This document shows, one piece after another, positions 49,960 through 58,296 of a DNA stretch of 64,000 nucleotides. The notes under the pieces are model-generated. The model was given only the letters and a program-made list of their open reading frames with translations. It was not told where the DNA came from and made no database searches. Each line of letters opens with the position of its first letter. Positions within the stretch are counted from its first letter, which is position 1. The position numbers were made by a program, and so were the translations under genes. The DNA comes from Candidatus Staskawiczbacteria bacterium (GTDB lineage: Bacteria; Patescibacteriota; Minisyncoccia; Minisyncoccales; Staskawiczbacteraceae), in the NCBI GenBank assembly GCA_903831095.1, contig CAIKWD010000021.1, positions 1,518 to 65,517 on the forward strand, in the 5' to 3' direction.

Positions 49960-51657
49960 ATGAACACAGAGGCAAAAAATACTTCGGCGGACTCAGCGCG
50001 AGTTTGCCAAAGTTGCAAAAAAGACTTTAATATAGAGCCGGAGGATTTTAATTTTTATGAAAAAATAAAAGTGCCTGCTCCTGTGTGGTGCCCTGAATGC
50101 AGGCTGGTAAAAAGACTTGCTTGGAGAAATGAGAGGGCGCTTTTTAAGCGTAAGTGTGATATGTGCCAGAAAGATAAAATTGTTATGTTCCCGCAAAACA
50201 GCCAATACAAAGTTTATTGCTATGAGTGTTGGTGGTCTGACAATTGGGATGCCTCAGTTTATGCAAGAAATTATGATTTGAGTAGGCCATTTTTTTCTCA
50301 GTTTGACGAGCTTTTTAGAGCAGTGCCAAGAATGGGGATTATTCAGCAGGGGCGAAACACAAACAGTGATTATGTTAACAGGGCAAGTGACAACAAAAAC
50401 TGCTACTTAATTTTTGCTTCTGGAACCAATGAAAATTGTTCGTATGGAACTTCAGTGTGGGATTCGAAAGATAGTATGGACAACTACAACATCCATTCGT
50501 CTGAATTGTGCTTTGAGTGTATTGACTGCTTTGGCTCTAGTAAATTGATGTACTCGAGAGAGTGCATTTCCTGCGTAAATTCCGCATTTTTATTGAACTG
50601 CAAAAATTGTGCGGACTGTTTTGGGTGTGCAAATTTGAGAAACAAAAATTACTGCATTTTTAACGAACAGTTTACAAAGGATGAGTATAGAGAGCAGATT
50701 GAAAAAATAATGCCAAAGAAGAACAGCGAGGTTGAAGCCATGAAAATTAAAACATCTGAATTTTTTGCAAAACAAATTGTTCCTGCTTTGGTGGAAAACC
50801 ACAGCGTTGAAGTTACCGGAAATTGGCTGGAAGAATGTAAAAACGTAAAAGCTGGGTTTAATTGCGAAAAAGTAGAAGATGGAAAATATCTTTTTGGAAT
50901 TCAAAATGCAAAAGACGTAATGGATCACACATATTGGGGACATTCGTCTGAGTTGATTTATGAGTGTTCAAGTATTGGCAGGCAGTGCTCGCAGGTGTAT
51001 TTTTCAAACGAATGTTGGGATCAACTTGTGCGGGCTCAATACTGTGTTAATTGCCACAGCTCGTCTGACTTATTTGGATGCGTTGGTTTAAGGAAAAAAC
51101 AATACTGCATTTTAAACAAACAATATACCAAGGAAGAATATGAAAAAATAGTTGCAGAAATTAAAAAGCAACCATTTTACGGTTTAACTTTTCCATTGGA
51201 TATTTATGCATTTGCATATAACGAAACAATTGCTCAGGAAATTTTTCCTATTACAAAAGAAGAGGCAACAAAGCAGGGTTATAGGTGGATTAGCCCCGAG
51301 GCAAAGAATTACAATATTACTTTGGAGGCTGAAAATGTGCCTGATTCTATTGAAGAAGTTGGCGAACAAATTTTGAAGGAAACAATTGGATGCGAACATA
51401 AAGGAGAATGTAATCACCAGTGTACCAACGCTTTTAAGGTTACAATAAACGATTTGAATTTTTATAAGCGTATGGGCATTGCAGTTCCTAAACTTTGTCC
51501 AAATTGCCGACATTTTGCCAGACTTGCTCAACGCAACCCAATTAAGCTTTATGATCGAACATGTGCAAAGTGTGGGAACTCAATTAAAACTTCTTATGCG
51601 CCAGAGAGGCCGGAAATAGTTTATTGTGAAAGCTGTTATCAGCGAGAAGTGGTATAA
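49960..51657 (+). CDS. Cys-rich multi-zinc-ribbon protein, paralog 11
   Basis: Intact internal CDMC-x17-CYEC; 8-aa insert NTSADSAR; ends CESCYQREVV. Confidence 0.9.
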   Translation: MNTEAKNTSADSARVCQSCKKDFNIEPEDFNFYEKIKVPAPVWCPECRLVKRLAWRNERALFKRKCDMCQKDKIVMFPQNSQYKVYCYECWWSDNWDASVYARNYDLSRPFFSQFDELFRAVPRMGIIQQGRNTNSDYVNRASDNKNCYLIFASGTNENCSYGTSVWDSKDSMDNYNIHSSELCFECIDCFGSSKLMYSRECISCVNSAFLLNCKNCADCFGCANLRNKNYCIFNEQFTKDEYREQIEKIMPKKNSEVEAMKIKTSEFFAKQIVPALVENHSVEVTGNWLEECKNVKAGFNCEKVEDGKYLFGIQNAKDVMDHTYWGHSSELIYECSSIGRQCSQVYFSNECWDQLVRAQYCVNCHSSSDLFGCVGLRKKQYCILNKQYTKEEYEKIVAEIKKQPFYGLTFPLDIYAFAYNETIAQEIFPITKEEATKQGYRWISPEAKNYNITLEAENVPDSIEEVGEQILKETIGCEHKGECNHQCTNAFKVTINDLNFYKRMGIAVPKLCPNCRHFARLAQRNPIKLYDRTCAKCGNSIKTSYAPERPEIVYCESCYQREVV

Positions 51658-51679
51658 TAACTTAATTAATTTATTTATT

Positions 51680-52735
51680 ATGAGATTTAAAAAAATAACA
51701 GATATTAGTGTAATAAGCAAACGTGTTTTAGTAAGATGCGATTTCAATGTTCCTATGGATGAAAAGGGAAATATTTCTGACGATTTTAGAATAAAACAGA
51801 CCTTGCCAACAATAAAATATTTGATGGACGACCACTCGAGAATAATTTTAATGTGCCATTTGGGTGAGCCCGAAGGACAAGTTGTTCCAGAGCTTAGGGT
51901 AAACAAGATTGCTGAGAGACTGTCTGAGTATCTTAATTGCTCGGTTTTAAAGGCAGATGACTGCATTGGGCCTGAAATTGAAAGCGAAGCCAACACTTTG
52001 GGTGCAGGAGAAATTTTGCTTTTGGAAAACTTGAGATTTCACAAGGAGGAAACAGACAACAACCCAGAGTTTGCAAAAAAGCTTTCATATTTGGGTGACG
52101 TATATGTAAATGATGCTTTTGGAGTTTGCCATAGGAATAACGCTTCAATAACAGAAGTTCCCGAGATAATGCCTCATTGTGCAGGATTTTTGCTGGAAAA
52201 GGAAATTACAACATTGGAAAAAATTATGAAAGAAGGCCCAGAGGGCGCTCAAAAGCCTATGGTGGCAATTATCGGCGGAAAAAAAGTTGAGACAAAGGCA
52301 AAATTCATCGACAACATTTCAGAAGTGGCAGACTACGTGATAGTCAGCGGATTGATTGCAAAAGAAGTAGCTGAGAAGGGTATAAAGTTCAAATATCCTG
52401 AGAAGATAATAACTCCTTTGGGGCAATTGGATGCTTTGGATATTAGCAAAGATTCTATTAAATTGTTTCGCGAAAAAATAATGCAGGCAAAAACAGTTTT
52501 GTGGAATGGGCCTTTTGGAAAGTTTGAGGAAAGGAAATATGCCAAAGGTTCTTTGGCAATTGCCGAGGCAATTATAGAAAGCGGAGCATTTTCAGTGGTG
52601 GGAGGAGGCGAGACTGTTGAATTTATTACCAAACAGGGTATGATTGATAAGTTCAGCCATGTTTCAACCGGAGGAGGTGCAATGCTGTCATTTTTGAGCG
52701 GAGACAAGCTTCCTGGACTTGAAGCGCTGAAATAA
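51680..52735 (+). CDS. pgk: Phosphoglycerate kinase
   Basis: RCDFNVP, LLENLRF, NDAFG, WNGPFG, GGGET, STGGGA; ATG 51680. Confidence 0.96.
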   Translation: MRFKKITDISVISKRVLVRCDFNVPMDEKGNISDDFRIKQTLPTIKYLMDDHSRIILMCHLGEPEGQVVPELRVNKIAERLSEYLNCSVLKADDCIGPEIESEANTLGAGEILLLENLRFHKEETDNNPEFAKKLSYLGDVYVNDAFGVCHRNNASITEVPEIMPHCAGFLLEKEITTLEKIMKEGPEGAQKPMVAIIGGKKVETKAKFIDNISEVADYVIVSGLIAKEVAEKGIKFKYPEKIITPLGQLDALDISKDSIKLFREKIMQAKTVLWNGPFGKFEERKYAKGSLAIAEAIIESGAFSVVGGGETVEFITKQGMIDKFSHVSTGGGAMLSFLSGDKLPGLEALK

Positions 52736-52739
52736 TAAT

Positions 52740-53972
52740 ATGAAAAGCGAATCAGGATTATCATCACAACAAGATCAGGCTCCACAGGATTCAGGTTTAA
52801 CGGATTTTCAGTTTAATGCTGAAGAGACCAATAAAAGAATTAATGAAGCCAAGGAAGCTTCTGAAAAGGTTAAGGTTCACCTAGTAGGGTTGAATTGCAA
52901 GCCGGCTTCTTCTGACGAATTAGAAAAAATACTTGAAGATAACACTGAAGGGAATATATCTTTAGAAAGGCTAGAAGAATTAGCAAAAAAAGAAGAATCA
53001 ATTTCCTATGTTTTGGAAAATGCTGATTGCGGTTATTTAGATAGGGATAATTTAAGGGATGCAAGATATTTTACAATAAGTGAAATAGCCAAAAGGGCAG
53101 AAGAGAGAGTAGAGTTGCTGGAAAAGGCCAAGGAAGAGATTAAAAATTTCAACGGGGATCAACCAGCATTGCAAAGGCTTTATGACGAATATTCAATTAA
53201 GGAGAAAAGGCTGTTTGGTACTGACGAAAAAACTGGCAAGGTATTTTTGAAAAAAATGAGCGAAAGAGATATGAAAGTGGTGCAAAAGAAGTTTGATGAA
53301 AGAATTGAAAGGGATAAATGGTTTGGTAGTGAAATTTCCAATGTTTTAACTTCTGGAAGAACAGGCATAGATATTGGAGTTTTAATGGTTTCCAAAGACA
53401 GAACAAAAATGAATGAAGGCGACGAAATTGGAGGTATGGGGGGCTTTTATATTGTAAGAGGAGAATGCAAGGGAGAATTAAATAAAATTGGGCTCATAGC
53501 TATGCCTTTATTTTTAGACCCATATATTTTAAAGCATGAATATGCGCACTTTGAAGATTTGATTCATAGCGACGAAAAAAGATTGAAATTTGACGCATTT
53601 ATTACAGAAATCAACAGCTTTTTTTTAGCCCATCCGGAAAAATTGTCGAAAGAAAATGCAGCTAAGGTTTTTGAAAATATGAAAGAAATTATTGTAAACG
53701 ATTACGTTGGAAAAAAGATATCTGAAATGGCAAGTTTGAAGGTAGAATCTGAACAGTTACCCGAGCAAATTTTTGAAAACCAAAAAGAAAAAGTTGAGCG
53801 TTCTATAGATATTATTGAACGCCTGTACAAGAAGGGTTTTTCTGAACATATTATAAATTCAATGCTAATGCACGCGAATACCTTTGAAGATATTATTCAG
53901 TGGGAAAATGTTGAAGATAAGGATCTTAAGGGGTTGTTGGCAGATGAAAAAGATGTTACCGAAATTGCATAA
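52740..53972 (+). CDS. Hypothetical charged/coiled-coil protein with HExxH motif
   Basis: ILKHEYAH followed by TEINSF. Confidence 0.55.
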   Translation: MKSESGLSSQQDQAPQDSGLTDFQFNAEETNKRINEAKEASEKVKVHLVGLNCKPASSDELEKILEDNTEGNISLERLEELAKKEESISYVLENADCGYLDRDNLRDARYFTISEIAKRAEERVELLEKAKEEIKNFNGDQPALQRLYDEYSIKEKRLFGTDEKTGKVFLKKMSERDMKVVQKKFDERIERDKWFGSEISNVLTSGRTGIDIGVLMVSKDRTKMNEGDEIGGMGGFYIVRGECKGELNKIGLIAMPLFLDPYILKHEYAHFEDLIHSDEKRLKFDAFITEINSFFLAHPEKLSKENAAKVFENMKEIIVNDYVGKKISEMASLKVESEQLPEQIFENQKEKVERSIDIIERLYKKGFSEHIINSMLMHANTFEDIIQWENVEDKDLKGLLADEKDVTEIA

Positions 53973-54010
53973 AATTTAAATAATATATCTCGGCAACAAA
54001 CTTTTTTCAT

Positions 54011-54102
54011 CGCTCGGCAACAAACTTTTTTCCGTTGCTGGTAACCCCCTTTGTCCTACTGGACAAGTGGACCAGGGACTGCAAAAAGTTCATTACCTCG
54101 CT
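54011..54102. repeat. ~92-bp structured repeat, copy 1 (partial 5' duplicate at 53989-54008)
   Basis: CGCTCGGCAACAAACTTTTTT...CTGGT...TTGTCC-TACT-GGACAA...ACCAG...AAAAAGTTCATTACCTCGCT. Confidence 0.85.
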
Positions 54103-54129
54103 TTGTGGATTAACTACGTATAGATATAT

Positions 54130-55284
54130 ATGCAAAAGAAACAGAAGATAAAAAATTTGGAAAAAGCTTCAGACAGGATTAAAAAAGCCATTGCTAACAA
54201 TGAGCGCATTATTTTGTACGGAGACTCGGACTTGGATGGAATTTCTTCTGTGGTTATTTTGGAGGAGGCCATTAAGAATTTGGGCGGACATGTTGATTGC
54301 TCATTTTTTCCAGACAGGGAAAACGATGGATATGGCATAAACCTTAATGCTTTAAAAATGTTGGAAGGCAAGGCTCCTGCTCTTTTTATAACCTTGGATC
54401 TTGGTATTGGAAACGTGGTAGAAGTGGACTTGGCAAACAAAATGGGCTTTGAAGTTATAATTGTTGACCATCATGAACCTTTGTCTAAAGTACCCAATGC
54501 TTCTATTGTTGTAGACATGAAACAATTGGACGACCCTTACACTTTTAAGGGTTTGGCAAATGTGGGAGTTACATTTAACCTTTGCATGGAATTGTTGGGA
54601 GATAATATTTCGGCCAATTTGAAAAATAGCTTTTTGGAATTGGCAGCTTTGGGAACAATTGCCGACATGGTGCCACAAATTGAGCAAAACCAAGTAATTA
54701 TTGAGGAAGGTTTGAGGTCTTTGAAAAATACATTTCGCCCAGCTATAAGGGCGTTTTTGGAACTAATTGGAAATGGGGAAGTGTTTGAGGGCAGTTTACC
54801 AAAAATTATTTCTGCCTTAAATGCCGCAGAATCTTTGAATTTTGCCAACGAGTCTTACATGCTTTTGACTTCTTCTGACATGGAAAAATGCAAAGACTTA
54901 GCTCAAATGCTTTTAGACAAAACAGCTTACAAACAAATTCAAATTAAAAACATTGTGCAGGAAGTGGAAAGAAGAATGTCACAAAAACCCGACGAAGCAG
55001 TTATTTTTGAAGGCGACCCATCTTGGAAATTAACTTTGGCTGGCCCCGTAGCCTCTATTATCTGTAACAAATACGCAAAACCAGCGTTTATTTATAAGAA
55101 AATGGACAAGGAGTCCTGCGGTTCGGTACGAAATCCAAAAGACACCAATTCTGTGGAAGCTATGAAAACCTGCGCTGACTTTTTGATAACCTATGGCGGA
55201 CATGCCAACGCCTCGGGCTTCCGTGTCAAAAATGAAAATCTAGATCTCTTTTGCACCCGCCTAAACTCCTACTTCAAAAAATAA
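54130..55284 (+). CDS. recJ: RecJ-like DHH exonuclease (short form)
   Basis: YGDSDLDG, PDRENDGYG, ITLDLG, VDHHE, ALGTIAD, GSVR, GGH..ASG. Confidence 0.85.
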   Translation: MQKKQKIKNLEKASDRIKKAIANNERIILYGDSDLDGISSVVILEEAIKNLGGHVDCSFFPDRENDGYGINLNALKMLEGKAPALFITLDLGIGNVVEVDLANKMGFEVIIVDHHEPLSKVPNASIVVDMKQLDDPYTFKGLANVGVTFNLCMELLGDNISANLKNSFLELAALGTIADMVPQIEQNQVIIEEGLRSLKNTFRPAIRAFLELIGNGEVFEGSLPKIISALNAAESLNFANESYMLLTSSDMEKCKDLAQMLLDKTAYKQIQIKNIVQEVERRMSQKPDEAVIFEGDPSWKLTLAGPVASIICNKYAKPAFIYKKMDKESCGSVRNPKDTNSVEAMKTCADFLITYGGHANASGFRVKNENLDLFCTRLNSYFKK

Positions 55285-55347
55285 TTTTTTTATATATTTG
55301 TTGGGTTTCTTTATATCTATCGCCACCCCGGCGATTTTTTATTACCC

Positions 55348-55376
55348 TTGAAAACCTCCCCCCACAGGAGTAAACT
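55348..55376 (+). promoter_or_regulatory. Sigma70 promoter of the putative nuclease
   Basis: TTGAAA-17-TAAACT. Confidence 0.6.
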
Positions 55377-55397
55377 GAAGTTAATTAAAATAAACTT

Positions 55398-56237
55398 ATG
55401 GAAAATAATAAAGAGTTGTCAAAAAAAGAAGCAATAAAATTTTTAGATATTCCGGAAAAAGATTTTAAGAATTATCATGAATTCAGCGAAGAAATAAAAG
55501 GGCACCAAATTAATAGGCGGTGGTATTTTAACAAAGACAATTTAATTGCTTGGAAAAAGCTCAAGGATGCCAGGACAATTAACCTATCAATCAAGGAGTA
55601 TGAAGTTTGCTTTCAGTTCGCAATAAAAATGGTTTATGGCGGGCTTTCATTAAACGGCATAAGGGGACAAAGGACTGAGGTGCAGGCTGCAGACGATGTT
55701 ATATTGGGTATTCTTGCAGAACATGCAATCAAAACTTTCCTGCATAAAAAATTTGCTACAGAAATAAAATTGGATGAAAAAGTTCACCCCGAGGAGATAA
55801 CTCCTCAAGATTTTGATCAAATAAAAGATCGGGGCATACTTAGAAAACCCAAGCTCGGGGTAGGAATAAAGGCTAGTAAGATAAAAAACGCCTTTCTGGT
55901 TTTAGGTTCAAACGAATTTGAGCTTCCAGACAGGAAAAGTGATGTTTATATTTTCGCCAGGGTAGGATTGCCTAGTGATCATTTATTCAGAATATTGAGA
56001 GATCATTCTTTTTTCGGAGAGGTTAGAAAATTTCTTGACGATCACGTCAATTTTAAAAAGATTTTGAAATTGGAAGAAATTCCAGTTTGGATTTGTGGAT
56101 TTACTTATGCGAAGGAATTAGAAAAAGTAACTAGTATTCCTGGCCAAGAGTTCACTAATGGCCATAGATATGTTAAATCAGTAGGAAATCTTCATAACTC
56201 CGATAAGGACTGGGAAACATTGATAAATAAGCTTTAA
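55398..56237 (+). CDS. Putative Type II restriction endonuclease with N-terminal excisionase-like HTH
   Basis: LSKKEAIKFLDI...RWYF.K..L..W; G.LAE...QDFD...GIKAS resembling a PD-(D/E)xK core; convergent with a C5 MTase. Confidence 0.6.
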   Translation: MENNKELSKKEAIKFLDIPEKDFKNYHEFSEEIKGHQINRRWYFNKDNLIAWKKLKDARTINLSIKEYEVCFQFAIKMVYGGLSLNGIRGQRTEVQAADDVILGILAEHAIKTFLHKKFATEIKLDEKVHPEEITPQDFDQIKDRGILRKPKLGVGIKASKIKNAFLVLGSNEFELPDRKSDVYIFARVGLPSDHLFRILRDHSFFGEVRKFLDDHVNFKKILKLEEIPVWICGFTYAKELEKVTSIPGQEFTNGHRYVKSVGNLHNSDKDWETLINKL

Positions 56238-56240
56238 AAT

Positions 56241-57827
56241 TTAGTTTGTCATTGCTCTCATCATTTGTCTTGCTACGGCCTCTACAACGGGAACACTCAC
56301 TGAGTTTCCCGCTTGTTTATATAGGGCTGAGTCGGATATATTTTTCGGCAATATAAATTTTTCATCGAAGCCCTGAATTCTAAAACATTCCAGCGGAGTT
56401 AATTTCCTGATACCTTTTTTATCTTTGATAATGGGCACATTGTGGCCACCCATGCCCATATTGGCTGTAAGAGTGGGGCAGACGCCACTTTTGTTTTCGC
56501 GGACATATTGCCTGCGCCACTGATATACTTTTCCTTCTTCCTTTACAAATTTCTCTAATTTTTCATATAGTGGCTTGCCATTGTAATAATATTTTTCGGG
56601 GACATTTTTTTCCAAGAGGTCAGTAATTTTTACAGCTAATTTTTTCGGTTCAGGAAAAGAAAAATTATTTGCATAAGTTTCATTCTTGAATCCTACCATA
56701 TAAATCCTTTCTCGGTTCTGAGGAATATTGCCGTATTCCATGCTGTTCAAAACTTTAATATTCATATGATATCCAAGGCTTTTTAAGGTTTCTTCGATTA
56801 TTCGGAAAGTTTTTCCTCCATCATGGCTTTTCAAGTTTTTTACATTTTCCAGAAGGAAACCTTCTGGCTTGTGAGCTTCAATAATCCGTGCAATATCAAA
56901 AAATAGATTTCCGCGTCCCTTTTCATCATTGAACCCCTGCCTGTATCCAGCAATAGAAAATGCCTGGCATGGGAATCCTCCAAGCAGGAAATTAAATTTT
57001 GGCAGGTCATCGATTCCAATTTTTCTAATATCCTCTACAACCAATTTTGCTCTTGGAAAATTCAAATCATAAGTGACTTTGCATTGTTCGTCAAAATCGT
57101 TTGAAAAAGCAGTTTCAAAACCTGCCCTTTCAAAGCCAATGCGTATTCCTCCAATGCCAGCAAAAAGATCTAGAGTTTTAAATCCGTGCTTATTTTTTTG
57201 AGATATTTTTTCCCCAGGTTTAGTTGAAATATTGTTTGCAATATGAACGACTACGCCTCTTACTTCAACCTCCTTTCGGAAAAACGGAAGCATGTTTGGA
57301 TTCCTTGGTTCGAGTCTGAACCTGTTTTTCTCCCGGTAAAGCTTTTTAAGTGTTGCTTTATTGTCATCTATGATGGCAACTACTGTTTGGCCATTTTCTG
57401 AAACTGACTGCTTTTTTATTATCACAATGTCTCCGTCGAAAATGCCTTCGTCGATCATGCTGTTTCCATCAACCTTCAAGGCATAATAATCCTTTGAATT
57501 TTTGATTGAAGGATCGAATATGGAAATTTTTTCCTGTATTTCCTCTTCTATAGCTTCTATAGGTTTTCCCGCTGCTATTCTTCCTACTATTGGGATATCA
57601 ACAACTATTCTTATTTGTTTTTGAGGATTAATACTTCTACCAGAGGTTGTATTTTTTGAAAGATATCCTTTTACCCTTAGCGTATTTACATGCTCATGCA
57701 CAGTAGATATGGCGTTGAGTCTCAGCTTCTTCCTAACTTCTTCCATGGTGGGCGATATACCATTTTCTGAGATATAGTTATTAATAAAGTCTAAAACCTG
57801 TTTTTGTTTTTTTGTCAGTGTTTGCAT
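56241..57827 (-). CDS. lexA: LexA repressor fused to DNA (cytosine-5) methyltransferase
   Basis: LTKKQ..L.FI..G.SPT..E, GRIAAGKP, GNSM, TLKK; then DLFAGIGG, GGFPCQ, ENV, QNRER, YKQAGNSV in one frame; ATG 57827. Confidence 0.92.
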   Translation of the reverse strand: MQTLTKKQKQVLDFINNYISENGISPTMEEVRKKLRLNAISTVHEHVNTLRVKGYLSKNTTSGRSINPQKQIRIVVDIPIVGRIAAGKPIEAIEEEIQEKISIFDPSIKNSKDYYALKVDGNSMIDEGIFDGDIVIIKKQSVSENGQTVVAIIDDNKATLKKLYREKNRFRLEPRNPNMLPFFRKEVEVRGVVVHIANNISTKPGEKISQKNKHGFKTLDLFAGIGGIRIGFERAGFETAFSNDFDEQCKVTYDLNFPRAKLVVEDIRKIGIDDLPKFNFLLGGFPCQAFSIAGYRQGFNDEKGRGNLFFDIARIIEAHKPEGFLLENVKNLKSHDGGKTFRIIEETLKSLGYHMNIKVLNSMEYGNIPQNRERIYMVGFKNETYANNFSFPEPKKLAVKITDLLEKNVPEKYYYNGKPLYEKLEKFVKEEGKVYQWRRQYVRENKSGVCPTLTANMGMGGHNVPIIKDKKGIRKLTPLECFRIQGFDEKFILPKNISDSALYKQAGNSVSVPVVEAVARQMMRAMTN

Positions 57828-57859
57828 ATTGCATTTAAAATTATTTATATTACAATTCA

Positions 57860-57881
57860 ATTATACCGAATAAAAACCGAA
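57860..57881 (-). promoter_or_regulatory. -10 box with overlapping TTCGGT direct repeat (candidate LexA box)
   Basis: Minus strand TTCGGT-TTTTA-TTCGGT-ATAAT; 11-bp period, overlaps TATAAT. Confidence 0.6.
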
Positions 57882-57895
57882 ACTAAAAGCGGTAG

Positions 57896-57904
57896 TTATC
57901 CACA
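57896..57904 (+). promoter_or_regulatory. Consensus DnaA box
   Basis: TTATCCACA; 1-mismatch TTATCCCCA at 57999-58007. Confidence 0.45.
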
Positions 57905-58170
57905 GGTTTTGATTTCACCACTTTTAATTTAATTGGGAAGAGTTGACAGGGTTTTTGTATGGTATAAAATATAAGTGAAATAAAATACGAAGATAAATTT
58001 ATCCCCAAGGTTTAACGAAACAAACATTTTTTGTGATTAAACTTTATATAACTTTGGGTCTACGATACTAATTTTAGCTTACTCTAATTTTATGTGCGCG
58101 GACCTAATTGGTTCGTGTTTTATTTTTTATGGTCGACAAAATAATATTATTAATTAAAGGTAAAAAGCAC

Positions 58171-58296
58171 ATGTCAACAATAAAATTTAAAGTTGGAAGA
58201 GACGCTAAAAATGGTAGGTTTATAACAATCGAAAAGGCTAGACAAAGAAAAAGTACTGCGATTGTTGAAACTATTAAAGTAAATAAAAAAAAGTAA
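58171..58296 (+). CDS. 41-aa basic microprotein
   Basis: MSTIKFKVGRDAKNGRFITIEKAR...; AAAGGT upstream; TTGACA(57943)-16-TAAAAT further upstream. Confidence 0.6.
   Translation: MSTIKFKVGRDAKNGRFITIEKARQRKSTAIVETIKVNKKK

Noticed and set aside
28986..51657. Diversity-generating retroelement behind paralog variation
   Set aside because: No reverse transcriptase in the window and no template/variable repeat pair with adenine-only differences seen
28986..51657. Ferredoxin or multiheme cytochrome call for the Cys-rich proteins
   Set aside because: No consistent CxxCxxCxxxCP, only sporadic CxxCH, and no signal peptides
28986..51657. Array as an assembly duplication artefact
   Set aside because: Paralogs are strongly diverged over most of their length and all frames are intact
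57860..58110. Replication origin
   Set aside because: Only two DnaA-like boxes, no dnaA/dnaN nearby and no switch in gene orientation
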